In this document: piece after piece, positions 1-12,649 of the stretch | How the letters are laid out: every line of letters begins with the position of its first letter | How positions within the stretch are numbered: the first letter of the stretch is position 1 | NCBI RefSeq assembly: GCF_006345805.1 | Contig: NC_043004.1 | Coordinates: forward strand, 83,266,001-83,330,000 | Source of the DNA: Octopus sinensis | Lineage: Eukaryota | Length of the DNA stretch: 64,000 nucleotides | Reading direction: 5' to 3' | The notes under the pieces: generated by a model | Databases searched by the model: none | What the model was told of the DNA's origin: nothing | The model's input: only the letters and a program-made list of their open reading frames with translations | Translations under genes and position numbers: made by a program

Positions 1-484
1 AACTGTTGAAGAACTAGCAGAGAAGCTCGGATTGGCTCATTCAACCAGTCATTCAAATGAGCGCTACAAGAAAAACGATCATTTTTGGATTCAAGACCAA
101 AGATGTTCTTCCATTAGGATAATGCTTGGCTGGACACAGCCTGGATGACATTCCCAAGGCTTGAGCAGTTTGAATAGCAAACGATGCCTCACCCACCATC
201 TTCACCGGACATTGCCTCATCTGATTATCATATATTCCGCAGTTTTCAAACTCATTTAGATGCAAAAATACGAAATCTGTAGACGAGATTCAGAACTGTC
301 CCGGAGGAGTATTTTTCGTCACCGACAGTGAATTTTGGAAACAAGAACTTGCTATTCTTCTTGATAAATGGAAGAGCATTGTAGAAATGAAAGAGAGTAT
401 ATATAACATTAAAAAGTAACTATGTTTATCTTAAGTTTGAAAAATAAATGACTTAAAAACCGCATCATTTATGGGATAACCCAT
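1..484 (+). mobile_element. Decayed mariner transposon, 3' part with right terminal repeat
   Basis: 184-261 reads MPHPPSSPDIASSDYHIFRSFQTHLD, matching the mariner HPPYSPDLAPSDYHLF motif. Frameshifts and stops flank it, and it ends in cgcatcatttatgggataaccca next to TA. Confidence 0.8.
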
Positions 485-499
485 TATATATATTTTTGT

Positions 500-542
500 G
501 CGTGTGTGTGTATGTATATATGTATATATATATGTATATGTA

Positions 543-585
<43 letters not shown>

Positions 586-790
586 TAGAAGATAATATAT
601 ATACATACATATATATTGTATTTTGGAATGGTCTGTTTCAACACACGACTTCACATAAAAAATCTTTCACAACAAATATATAAACATACATATATACATA
701 TATATATATATGTGTGTGTGTGTGTGTATTTATATGTATGAATATATATATATATATTCATTCATATAAATACACACACACTCACACACA
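500..790. repeat. Compound (TG)n/(TA)n/(CA)n microsatellites
   Basis: Direct inspection. Confidence 0.9.
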
Positions 791-1269
791 CACACACATA
801 CACACACATATAAACACAGACGTGGATTTGTGGAAAGAGTCTTATTTCCCAATCACTTGGATCCAGTTTCAGTCCCACTGCGTGTCACCTTGGGCTAGTA
901 TGTTCATATTATATTGTCGGGTCGTCTAAAGCCTTGAGCGTAGATTTTTTATGTACGTGTTTGTGTGCGTATATGACTGTTCCCCCTACCATCACTTGAC
1001 AACCGATGCAAGTGCGTTCAAGTCTCCGTACCTTAACGGTTCTTCAAATCGATTCCTCATTGCGGCCGCACTCCAATGACCGAAACAGGTAAAAAGAATA
1101 AAAATATATGATATAAGAAATATAACGTACGACACACCTTGTCTCAACAAGCCTACATTGCTCATTGCATGTACCTTGGTCCTCTGTATTTCATATTTAC
1201 TAAATTTTTCCGCTGTGAGTTTTTAAGATTTTGTTGTATTCAGAAATGCGTAAACTGCATACTTAATCC

Positions 1270-1510
1270 TCTTATTGGATTCTAATTGCGGATCTTATTG
1301 GATTCTAATTGCGGATCCGTGGAACAAGCTGCCAGACGAGATGGTGAAGATGCCGACGACCGCTTTGTTCAAAGCCTCCCTTGACCTCAAGTGGCCTGAA
1401 CTCTTTACATGAACACCACCCTGTACTTAACTCCATGTCCCCCTACATGGCCTTGCTATTTGCTTTTGAGCCAAATTAACTAACTAACTAACTAACTAAC
1501 AAACTAACTA
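1270..1510 (+). mobile_element. CR1-type LINE 3' end with (AACT)n tail and a 23-bp tandem duplication at its 5' junction
   Basis: Reads PWNKLPDEMVKMPTTALFKASLDLKWPELFT*, resembling a CR1 ORF2 C-terminus. A short UTR and (aact)n follow. tcttattggattctaattgcgga occurs twice at 1270-1315. Confidence 0.65.
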
Positions 1511-3989
1511 ACTAATTTCATTGCAGGGCTATGTGTTATCACAGAAATTCCTGTTGTCTAAGTGAAATTCTGAGATAAGAATATGCCAACTCATTAAACG
1601 ATACATATATTTCACATTCTATGCTCTTGTACTCAGTTTAATGGCCCTAACGATGTTATGGTGTGTTGTATAAGCCCTGAGCTTATATATGTATATTTAT
1701 ATATGTATATATATATGTATGCGTAGCGGCACAAACAATCAGCGCCATATTAGATGAGATCGCGCGGCAGCCATTTCCCATCACCGAGACTGGAGCGACA
1801 CCTCACCTGCATCCATTTGCCATGCGCGAGATCACAACAAGGCTCGCGATGGCAAACCGGATATAAAGGCCCAACAAACATCCGATATCGGGAACCTTGC
1901 CACCCAATATATATGTGTATATGTGTGTGTGTGTGTGTGTGTTTGTGTGTGTGTTACTGTTTCACCACTACTGTACTAGCTATCGTTGTTTTTAATGTCC
2001 TCGTCTCAAAACTGATCGATAAAAAGAAGCGACACACAAAGCACCTGATAAGCATCAGGTGCGGTCTGTCGGGCTAAATGTTCGAAGAGTGTGCTCTAGT
2101 ATGGCCAGTGTTGATCCACCGCTGAAGATAACAAAAACGGAAAACATAAGATTTCTGTAGAAATACTGATATACTGGTTCCTCATATGTCGTCTATTTCA
2201 ACCGTTGAGATGGAATGCAAAATCATTAAATAGATACCGCTATTTATATAGATTTATCCAATTTAATCGCTATCTTGACATTGAGAAAAATCAATGAAGA
2301 AATTTGGATCTGAAAATATGCGATTTATTTCCTTTAATGTGTTTACATATTCTCTTAATTTCCGCTTTTAAAAAATGCTAGAAATTGATCCCATCGTACT
2401 GGACAGTATCTATGGGAGATAACTCTCATATATTTAACGGGGTTTCGTCCCTTGAAATTAGAATACAATTTTTATTTTCAGGTATTCAGTTAAGTGAAAG
2501 TTATTTAGATTTTGTACAGATTAACCATGGGACGTAATTTTAGAATTGAAAACAGTGTCTTCGTCCTTGAAATTGTGAGCTACTGTGTGAGTGTGTGTTT
2601 GTGTGTGTGTGTGTGTATACACACACATACATGCATGCTTATATATACATATTTATATATTTTCTTGAGGCTTTAAGCAAAATATAGTCACGAATGTGTA
2701 TTCATGTGTATGCCAGTGTTTACGTAATCTTCACAATGGTCGAAATCAGGTTCGAGAAGTAAAGTTCATTACAGGAAATGTATAAAAGCCAGATGCTGGA
2801 GTTCCCTCTTAAAATGACTTTATGTTAATCAGTTGGATGCGATACATCTGGATGCAGTTTATGAAACCTCTAGGTGCAACCATAGCTCCATGGAAACTGC
2901 AGAAGTAACACTCCATCTTTAGCTTGACATCAATATTATAGAACATCAATAATTGTTGACTGAAAATTCGTCAATCTCTGAAATAATGCTTAGATATTGT
3001 GTTACAGTCCGCAGGTACCATGAAAACAATAATGTTCATAATTACTCACTTAACGGTGCTGTAAACATCTCTTTTATAAGGCGGCACGCTAGCAGAATCG
3101 TTGTGCGCTGGCACAAGTGCTAAGCGGCATTTTGTGTCAGCGCGCTTGCGTGTGTGTGGCCACTGCTTCACTATCGTTATCGTTCTTTCCATGTTCTCGT
3201 CACGTAGCTCTTCAGTAAAAAGGATTGATCAACAAAACACCAGATAAGATAAGGTTGTTGGACTAAAATTTTCAAGTATGTGCTCCTGTATGGCCAATGT
3301 TCAATGAACGTTGACTGCAACAAAATATACGAAATTCTTAACATCAAAAATAAATTTCTGTACAAATACTGAATTATTGGTCACTTATAGATCAATAGTT
3401 CAACAACTGAAAAGGAATGCAAAATAATTGTTCACCCGGTGTCTTTGAGGAATTATGAGTTCGAGTCCAATGGCTGGAAGTTGAAAAATGTTTCGGTCTT
3501 GTAAATGTAATTTACCCAGTATTTCTGTTATTCTAAAGGCAACTCTGCATTCGAAAAATATCTTGCTTGTATCGTAGAATACACCTTTTCTACGCTTCTA
3601 ATAAATGATTAATACACACATAACTGTTCTGAGTTTAAATGGCGCATGGATAACCTTTTTTCTTTCATCCTTTCGAGTCAATAAAATGAATATCAGTTGA
3701 ACAGTGAAGTCGATGTCATTGGTTTAGCTTCATCCCCGAAACCGCTGGTTTTGTACCAAAATTTGAAATCAATTTCTTACATAGCGTATAAGGGGTTAGC
3801 GTAGGTGAACATTTTCTTCAGGTACATGTGGGTAGCTTAATTAAAATGTGAAAAATGAACTGCGGCGCAATTTGACCATATTATGTCCATACCAACGTCG
3901 AACGTCGAATTGTCGTACAGTTCGGTTAAAACCACCCAGTCACCAAGCAGGTTTATTATATCGGGTGACAGATGGAATCAACCAAGCAT

Positions 3990-4235
3990 GTGCAGTAACC
4001 TATTTCTTTATTACCCACAAGGGGCTAAACACAGAGGGGGACAAACAAGGACAGACATAGGTATTAAGTCGATTAGATCGACCCCAGTGCGTAACTGGTA
4101 CTTAATTTATCGACCCCGAAGGATGAAAGGCAAAGTCGACCTCGGCGGAATTTGAACTCAGAACGTAACGGCAGACGAAATACGGCTACGCATTTCGCCC
4201 GGCGTGCTAACGTTTCTGCCAGCTCGCCGCCTTAA
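3990..4235 (-). mobile_element. tRNA-derived SINE, family B
   Basis: Reverse complement aaggcggcgagctggcagaaacgttagcacgccgggcg...gagttcaaattccgcc (A/B-box-like). Related copies at 18857, 30640 and 54400. Confidence 0.8.
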
Positions 4236-5576
4236 GCATGTGCAGTAACCGTTTATCGGATGGGTGTCGTAATTTTCTTAGTTGCCGATTTAACATATAC
4301 AACCTAGGTTCACCGGCTGTTATGGCATAATCCCCTATACCAAATGTACCATCTCAACGCCAAAATAACTATTGGGGTGCTAAAATTTTTTAAGTGAACA
4401 ATTTTACCTGAGCTCATAATCATGTGAAACATTTATTTCATCAAATTTTTAAAATATCACACTAAGGAAACAAAACGCAAAATCACATTTATTTTAACAA
4501 ATTTATTCAATGATGGCCATATATGTATATCGAAATTTAGTATTACGTTTCGCGGAAAAGTGCAGAAATGTACCTCATATGTACTAGGTATAATTATATG
4601 AACTATTTTAGACCTTTATAAATATGCAGCCTTTATGATATATTAACAAATGATACATATGTGTGTGTTTTCGTGTGTATTTGTAACTATGTGTGTGTAT
4701 TTGTGCGTGTGTGCGTGTGTGTGTGTGTGTCGTTGTCATTGGCCGTCGTATTCTACTTCACTCTGGACAAGACACTAAACTCCACCCAGGAGCAAGTTTA
4801 CTTCTCAGGAGTACATGAGTTTTGGTGAGTGTGGAGCTATGCTTTAGATGTTACTGGTCCCAGGTCTACTGTTGTTAGGTGTGATAGCGCCTATTAACTA
4901 TTGTCACAGCAGCAATGTGTGAAGTAGCAGGAGTCTATTTATGTGAAACAGAAGATCGGCCGCATGGCCTGAGACAATCAGGCCCACTGGTTGAAGGATA
5001 TGTTTGTTGCCAGGTAAACGAGTTTCCCTACTTAAAATCCACATAGGTTATGCACCTTAGTCGAATGTTCGAGGGCGTTCGAGATACTTGAACAAATTGT
5101 AAATAAATACATGGAAGGTCAACAAGAAATTATTGCTGTACCATTCCAAGGAAAATTAAATCGTTAAACATCGGGATAAAGGTCCGTGAATGCCGACGCT
5201 AGTATGCAGAGCACATGAAACAGCGAAAGAGAGAGAGAGGGGGGAGAGAAAGAGAGTGAGAGAGAGAGTGAGAGAGAGAAAGACAGAGAGAGAGAAAGAG
5301 AGAAAGAGAGTGAGAGAGAGAAAGAGAGTGTGTGTGAGAGAGAGAGGGTGGTAGAGGACTGAAATATACGCTAGTCACACAAAAACGTGCAGTGTATTGT
5401 GTTTATATTTGTTTAGCTTTTCTTGATTGAATACACATTGCAACGGGGCTGAAGATTAAACTGTAAAACGTTGAATGAAAACTATTACTTTGCAATAATT
5501 GGAAATTGAGTATCATTGAATTTCCTTTTAAAGTTTCACGAATATATATTCTTTAAATTTGCGGACAAAGACGTTC

Positions 5577-5582
5577 TTTATT
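5577..5582 (-). promoter_or_regulatory. Polyadenylation signal AATAAA of GRL-A
   Basis: Plus-strand tttatt lies 47 nt downstream of the predicted TGA at 5630-5632. Confidence 0.55.
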
Positions 5583-5629
5583 ACAGCTTTTTGTAATTCA
5601 AATTGCCACTATTTCTGATGCTTGATTTC

Positions 5630-5689
5630 TCATACTAAATTTTTGCGCTGCAGACAGTACACAGTGAAGGTCATCATAAAACTGATAAT
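5630..5689 (-). CDS. GRL-A exon 4 (last), TM7b: IISFMMTFTVYCLQRKNLV*
   Basis: Acceptor cttattcttatttgttttctcttattcag|ATT, phase 0. TF-TVYCL-Q fits the Gr/GRL TYhhhhhQF motif. Confidence 0.85.
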   Translation of the reverse strand: MISFMMTFTVYCLQRKNLV

Positions 5690-6165
5690 CTGAATAAGAG
5701 AAAACAAATAAGAATAAGAAAAGCAACGACATTGACATGACTTTTTAAAATGCTTAGCGGTATTTAGTCTGCTTTCACGTTCTGAGTTCAAATTCCGCCG
5801 AGGTCAACTTTACCTTTCATCTTTTCACACACACATAAACGCACACATGCATATACACATACACGCATACATGCACACCGCTCTGAAAAAGGTAACATAC
5901 TCATGCACATGCACACATGGAAACACATACAGCGCCGTGACCAATAAACCACACACGCATGCACTCGTACATGCACACGCATACCCACATACACACGAAA
6001 ACCACCCTAACAAGCACAACACACACATACACACGCACACATGCATACCGCCTTAACAAATGTAACACACACACATACACATGCACACACGCACATGGAC
6101 ACACAGCGCCTCGACTCATATAACACATAAACTCACATACAAACTTACAGACGTACGCAATCTGC

Positions 6166-6840
6166 CTGGACGCGAAATTCGTTTTCCCAAGCGAGTTCCG
6201 GAAGCACGTAATGAACTCATTTGCATACAACCAATCAGAGCTCACCTTGACCTTGTTGTACACCAACAGCTACGAAGAAACAGCCAATCAGATAACGAAG
6301 GATCAGATCCGTTCAGTTCTTATACTATGCCTAGACGCAAAGCCCAACATTACATTCCTGAATGTATTAAAAACAACCAATCTATTGGTAATACGCACTC
6401 GACCAAGACGAAGAACTGTGTTATAAGTTGACCGATCGTCAAGTTATGCCTTATTTTCGAAGGGGACAAGTAATTAGAGATAGATTTGCATCTACACTTA
6501 ATATCGGATTTTGTTAGGGCTCCATATGATAAAGATTTGGTTGGGAAAAGTGTGAGAAGAGGGTGATGTGTGAGCAATCTTCTCCCCTTACTGTTTTATA
6601 AAGTAAACAACAACACAAATAATTACGCAGAGGCCGCCATGGTTGAAGCAAGAACAAGGACAACAAGCATTATTAAACGAGAAAAGAAGCATGGTCGTTC
6701 CTTATCCAAGTGGCCTTATCTTATCGCCCATCATTTGTTATGCGCTCATAAATTACTTTGATAGTTGAGCTCTGATTGGCTGTATACAAACGAGTTCATA
6801 ATTCCGGAACTCACGTGGGAAAAAAAAATTCGCCGCCCAG
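6166..6840. mobile_element. Non-autonomous terminal-inverted-repeat (MITE-like) element inside a CA-rich cryptic satellite
   Basis: Left end ctggacgcgaaattcgttttcccaagcgagttccggaa...ccaatcagagctca matches the reverse complement of 6765-6840 over about 75 bp. No clear target-site duplication. Confidence 0.65.
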
Positions 6841-7409
6841 ATAGTTATAACACACACTGATACACAGACACACATACATATCCATGTGTATGCTCACACA
6901 GCTTTGACCAACACAGTGCACACGCATATAAACATACACACGCATACACACATACGCACACATGCACACCCCACCGACAAACGTAACACATATACACACC
7001 CTCACATGCACGCGCACTGCCCTGACAAATATAACACATGCATACACGGGTACACACATACATACACACGCGCTCACATACACACACACGCATGCACGCA
7101 AATGGAACACCTATATACACGCGCAAAGGTTCACTCTAACAATCACACACATAAACACAATGTGTTAAGTGCCAGTTCTTTTCTATTGAAATATGGAATA
7201 AAAATGCGTCGAATGATATCTAAATTTTATATAAGGCGCATGTGTTACTGTGTGGAAAGTAGCTTGCTTACCAAGCACATGGTTCCGAGTTCAGTCCCAC
7301 AGCATGTCACTTTGGGTAAGTGTCTTTTACTATAGCCTCGGGCTGACCAAAGCCTTGTGACAGGATTTGGTAGATGGAAACTGAAAGATGCCCGTCATAT
7401 ATATGTATG

Positions 7410-7448
<39 letters not shown>

Positions 7449-8571
7449 CCTGCTCGCTTAGCCAGCGGGATGGCGTCATTTGAAGGCTAAAACAATGCGA
7501 AGCGCATTGTGACCAGGATATGTAATCTTTGTAACTCTGAACTTTTCCACATATTGTTCGCCACAGGCCGTTTGGTAAACGGGCTTTTACAGACTGCTTT
7601 TCGATGTCTCCATTGGCGGCGTCATACGTTTCTTACATATAAATGACACCTAAGACAATTAACACCTTGATATCCTAATAAAAGAAAAAAATTTTTGAAA
7701 AAATTTTTGGGGAAAAAAATCCCTGAATAAATTTTGCAAGGGGAAATTACTCCCCTTGGGCGATTGGTCGGTTTTTTAGAAGCAAGGGCAGGAATTATAC
7801 CCCCCTGATTTTTGACGAGGTTAATTTAGACAAGCAGGCCACTGACGGACACACGAACACAGAATTATTTCAGCCGCCTGACCGGCTCTTTTCAGCAGTG
7901 CTCACTATCTGCGCCCCCTCGCCACATACGGCCACGCATACATAGGCTTGCATACACCACAATGCATGTAGGTAGGTAGTTTCTTTTCTCGCACCTAAAT
8001 AAGACACCCTGAATTCTTAAAATATTCAGAGCATTAACTTTGGTTACACAGAATATCTTCACACCCCTTGTTTTCATTATTTCCTCACCTACCAGATTTG
8101 ACCGCGGCCTGACCTTGATTTATTCCAACGGACTTTTTTGTCGGCCTCCACCAACCCCCCGATTTCAACGTACATTGAGAAACAGTTTACTCCACCCCAT
8201 GGGCTCCTAGGGAGCGTTCTTGTTCGAGTTGCTTGCTGCGCCTTTGTTTTGTTTGGACATCGTAATTCCTGGATTTTCCTGAAGAGAAAGCTGCAATATG
8301 GTATCCTTATTCAATCAGAATTTGGAAATTTGTGGCCTTTGAAACATGTGTAGAATGTAATAAAAGGAATTCTGTAGAATCTTCGTTCAGCTCCATTTCT
8401 TCCATTCACTAATTATATTAAACTTCAATTATCCACGCCAACGCACGGTTGCAACACCCTATGGTCATAACTCCAACGGTGTTTTTTCTGCTGTGATTTT
8501 TGCTACCCAGGTATCGGTTAAACTTTTGAATAATCCGTAAGAAGATAATTCATCTTTCCATTTCAACAAAC

Positions 8572-8648
<77 letters not shown>

Positions 8649-8687
8649 GTGTGTGTGTGTATGTGTGTGTGTGTGTGTGTGTGTGGT

Positions 8688-8725
<38 letters not shown>

Positions 8726-9079
8726 GTTCCCCCACCCAACATCGCTTGACAACCGATGCTGGTGTGTTTCCGTTCCCGTAACTTAGCGGTTCAGCAAAAG
8801 AGACCGATAGAATAAATCATAGGCTTACAAAGAATAAGTCCTGCGGTCGATTTGCTCGACTAAAAGGCGGTGCTCTAGCATGGCCCCAGTCAAGTGACTG
8901 AAACAAGTAAAAGAGTAAAAAGAGTAAAGAGAATAACATAAATCTACGTATGTTTAGGCAGAATACTTTTTCGAAACTGATTTACCATTTCACAATCAAA
9001 CGAAACTGTTCTAAATCGCCCTGTATCATATTCTCCATGATAGGGGTTGCTCTAAATTGGTGTATGTATTGATACTTAC

Positions 9080-9169
9080 AGAGATTAATGTCGAAGGCTT
9101 TATAGTCACATACGCACTCATTTTAATACCCAGTGTAAATAAAGACATCCGCTTTAACACCAGCATCAA
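9080..9169 (-). CDS. GRL-A exon 3: LMLVLKRMSLFTLGIKMSAYVTIKPSTLIS
   Basis: cttgctgtattttcag|TTG ... TCT|gtaagt; 90 nt, phase 0-0. 14/30 aa identical to the paralogous exon at 21738-21827. Confidence 0.9.
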
Positions 9170-9535
9170 CTGAAAATACAGCAAGAAAACATCTCTGTGA
9201 CATATAAATGTACTTAAATCAAGGCAACAAATGCAGACACATGTATGTAGGCCCGTATGCAAAGGGTAGCAGGTAAGCTTCTGTGAACACATACATGTAT
9301 TTATCTATAGGGTTGTAAAATATACTTCTTTATCACACTGCATACGTGCATTTGAATAATTAGTATTAGGTGTGGGTAAGACTGCGTTGTAAGACGGTTG
9401 CTTCTCAGCCATATGGTTACGGCTACAGCCCTGCTACATGTCATCTTCAGCAGGTGTCTTATAATATAGCCTCTGGCCGGCCCACGTCTTGTAAATGGGT
9501 TTCATAGAAGGAAACTAAAGAATCACGTCGTATAT

Positions 9536-9940
9536 AGGCGTAGGAGTGGCTGCGTGATAAGTAGCTTGATTACGAACCACATGGTTCCGAGTTCACTCCC
9601 ACTGCGTCGCACCTTGGGCGAGTGTCTTCTACTAAAGCCTCGGGCCGACCAAAGCATGTGACAGGATTTGGTAGATGGAAACTGAAAGAAGCCCATCGTA
9701 TATATGTATGTATATATAAATATATGTATGTGTGTGTATATGTTTGTGTGTCGGCGTTTGCCCCCACCCCGCTTGACAACCGATGCTGGTATGTTTACGT
9801 CCCCGTAACTTAGCGGTTCGGCAATAGAGACGGATAGGATAAGTACTAGTCTTACAAAGAATAAGTCCTCGGGTCGATTTGCTCGACTAAAGGCGGTGCT
9901 CCAGCATGGCCGCAGTCAAATGATTGAAACACGTAAAAGA
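9536..9940 (+). mobile_element. tRNA-derived SINE, family A (CORE-like centre, internal microsatellite)
   Basis: Head ggcgtaggagtggctgcgtgataagtagcttg...gagttcactccc, then gcaccttgggcgagtgtctt, an internal (TA/TG)n and tail cttgacaaccgatgctgg...gactaaaggcggtgctccagcatggcc. Many partial copies (about 975, 7245, 8725, 19390, 33890, 57060). Confidence 0.85.
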
Positions 9941-10303
9941 GTATATGCGTATGTGCGTGTCTATATGTGTGTATGTATGTACGTTCGTTTGCGTGTGTGT
10001 TTGTGTGCTTGTCTGTGTGTATGTATGTGTCGTGGTGGGATGTTTGTGTGTGTTGGTGTGTTCGATTGTCCCCACTACATCTTGTCAACAGGTGATGGCT
10101 TGTTTATGTCACCGTTGCTTAGCCGTTCGGCAAAAAGGGGCCGATAGAATAAGTAACACACTTAAAGAATAAGTACAGTGGTTGATGCCGTCGATTGAAA
10201 AATCTGCAAAGTGGTGCCCCAGGATGGCCACTATCTTATACTGAAACGACTAAAATAAAAATAAGCAAATCGAGTAGAGACGCGTCTTTGAAACAAAACT
10301 TAC

Positions 10304-10372
10304 CTTTAATTTAAAATCAGGTATTTTAAAGCCTTGTTTAATATTGAACATACTTCTACGTACTTCAGTTAT
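10304..10372 (-). CDS. GRL-A exon 2: ITEVRRSMFNIKQGFKIPDFKLK
   Basis: tatttattttgcag|ATA ... AAG|gtaagt; 69 nt, phase 0-0, stop-free. Not in the ORF track. Confidence 0.85.
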
Positions 10373-10489
10373 CTGCAAAATAAATATCAAGGCTTATGTA
10401 AAAGATAACCACATACTTGTTATTACTGAAAATTCGTATATTTAACAATAACATTGTAAGAATATTTATTATAACAGAAACGTACGTTA

Positions 10490-10635
10490 TTTACATTATT
10501 TACATTTGACGGATATTTGCTCTCATCTTGTTTGTTGTTACCTAAACGTTTCGCCTGATATATCTACCAGCCTTCATCAGATGTCTTGGGGAAATTTCGA
10601 ACCTGGGTTCTCAGTCCTAAGGTATTTTTCGACGT
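10490..10635 (-). mobile_element. Penelope-like-derived repeat with a hammerhead-like core (family H1)
   Basis: Minus strand gacatCTGATGAaggctggtagatatatcaggcGAAAcgtt. Inverted relative to the copy at 11195-11380. Confidence 0.65.
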
Positions 10636-10652
10636 TGTTATTATTATCATTG

Positions 10653-10741
<89 letters not shown>

Positions 10742-10750
10742 GCTACTACT
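10636..10750. repeat. (TTA)n-(CTA)n microsatellite
   Basis: Direct inspection. Confidence 0.95.
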
Positions 10751-10751
10751 T

Positions 10752-11050
10752 GTGGAGGTGCAATGGCCCAGTGGTTAGGGCAGCGGACTCGCGGTCGGAG
10801 GATCGCAGTTTCGATTCCCAGACCGGGCGTTGCGTGTGTTTATTGAGCGAAAATACCTAAAGCTCCACGAGGCCCCGACAGGAGGTGATGGCGACCCCTG
10901 TTGTACACTTTCGCCCCAACTTTCTCTCACTCTTTCTTCCTGTTTCTTCGGTAACGCTGCGATGGACTGGCGTCCCGTCCAGCTGGGGGGAACACATACG
11001 CCACAGAAACCGAAAACCGGTCCCGTGAGCCTGGCTTGAAAAGGGCGCAT
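10752..11050 (+). mobile_element. tRNA-derived SINE, family C (central domain resembling V/Meta-type SINEs)
   Basis: A box tggcccagtgg, B box gtttcgattcc, and gcgatggactggcgtcccgtccag...gaaaccg. Second copy on the minus strand at 56190-56455. Confidence 0.75.
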
Positions 11051-11113
11051 AAATAAAAATAAAATTATTATTATTATCATCATCATTATTATTACTATTA
11101 TTATTATTATTAT

Positions 11114-11190
11114 TCAGGTCACTACCTGGGATCGAACTCGGAATCTTGGGGTTAGTAGACCGCGCTCTTAACCACTACGCCATATGCCCG
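11114..11190 (-). mobile_element. Short tRNA-derived retroposon (tRNA head plus (AAT)n tail)
   Basis: gggcatatggcgtagtggttaagagcgcggtctactaaccccaagattccgagttcgatcccagg has A and B boxes, but its acceptor and T stems are mispaired. (aat)n follows. Confidence 0.65.
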
Positions 11191-11194
11191 TGGA

Positions 11195-11380
11195 CATCAA
11201 AACAAAAGACCTTAGGAATGAGAACTCTTGTTCGAAATTTCCTCAAGACACCTGATGATGGCTGAAGGATATATCAGACGAAACGTTGTGTTAACAGCAG
11301 ACAAGATGAGGACAGATATCCGTCAAATGTAAATCATGTAAATAATGTACATAATTCTTCATCTCTTAAATAAAGAACAC
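11195..11380 (+). mobile_element. Penelope-like-derived repeat with a type-I hammerhead motif at 11247-11292 (family H1)
   Basis: gacac CTGATGA t ggctga-aggatata-tcagac GAAA cgtt gtgtt: stem I gacac/gtgtt and a palindromic ACGT stem III. A 3' fragment of the same family lies at about 40280-40330. Confidence 0.7.
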
Positions 11381-11939
11381 AAACGTAGTTATGGAAAAGA
11401 ATATCTCCAATGCTTCAGTATCAATTGTTAATTTTATAACAGAAAATAAACGTCGAAGTTTGTTAATAGGTCATAAGCAACTCAAAATTTATAAATTTGA
11501 AACATGAGAACATCCACCCTAAATGTCATAGAGAACAGCGCTCGATACGGATATTCTTGACTTGAACTTTAAAAGACCGGAAGTTGGTGAAAAGAAATGA
11601 AAAAAAAGTAAAGCAGAAAACATTCGTCTTCTCTTCCGTTTTACACAACGTCAAGGGAACACTTATATATATGTATGTATATATGTCATTATTCAGTTTT
11701 ATTTCAAAATTTCTGGCCAAGGGAGAAAGAACCGGGTTCTAGCCTACATCCAAGGCATCTTCATTGGAATTTCAATATTAAAAAAAAGGGTATTTTTGTA
11801 TCTATATATATATGTATGTAAGTGTATATGTATGTATGGATATGTGCAGATTTGTATGTTTTGTTTTATGTATGTATGCGCAGGCATATAGTTGCATATC
11901 TAGACATATTCATATATATTTAAATGATAATGTTCCGGA

Positions 11940-12480
11940 AAGTTTTACAGACAAAGCTGTTATATTTTAACCAGCTTCAGATTCATGTTATGAACCGGAT
12001 ATTTTCCTTCAAAGCACAAAATTGAATAATTTAGATAGATTTGTGTATCTTGGAATTATGCAGGATAGTATTTGATACGGCAGATCATCATCAAAAAACA
12101 TCTTAGGATTTCAAAAATCTTGAAGGGCGAGTTTTGTCTAATAGAAATATCTGTGAACAGAGCTTGTGTGCTTTCATCTCTTCGCTACTTATGTGAAACA
12201 TGGGTAGTATATAAGAATCAACTCAAATTATTAAAGCAATTTCAGCAGCGATGTTTGCAGCCTAAACAGAAAAATCAAATGGGTGCCCAAAGTATCAGAT
12301 TCTGAAGTACTTGCGTGTGCTAGTGTGGATGACATTGATACACAAATTCATTGACAAAAGCTCCGGTGGACTGGTCATCTAATAAAGGAATCAGATCAAC
12401 GGATGCCCAGATGACTGTAATATGGTCAAATAAAAGGAGCAAAGGGGCTGCAATGGAAACCAAAATTCTGTTACAAATGT
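11940..12480 (+). mobile_element. Decayed RTE-clade LINE, C-terminal region
   Basis: RACVLSSLRYLCETWVVYKNQLKLLKQFQQRCL...IKWVPKVSDSEVL...KLRWTGHL...QRMPR, with stops and frameshifts. Confidence 0.75.
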
Positions 12481-12520
12481 TTAATAATTAGTTCTCAAAA
12501 GGACATCAACATGTATATCA

Positions 12521-12608
<88 letters not shown>

Positions 12609-12649
12609 TGTATGTGTGTGTGTATGTGTGTGCGTGCGTAGGTAGAGTT

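Noticed and set aside
2090-3430. Two diverged direct repeats (about 2090-2225 and 3275-3430) as a gene duplication
   Set aside because: No coding signal; they follow SINE-like tails and look like old repeat copies.
8090-8300. Possible LINE endonuclease start on the minus strand
   Set aside because: Too short and too degenerate to support a call.
11114-11190. Functional tRNA gene (TAC anticodon-like)
   Set aside because: The acceptor and T stems do not pair and an (AAT)n tail follows; it is better explained as a tRNA-derived retroposon.
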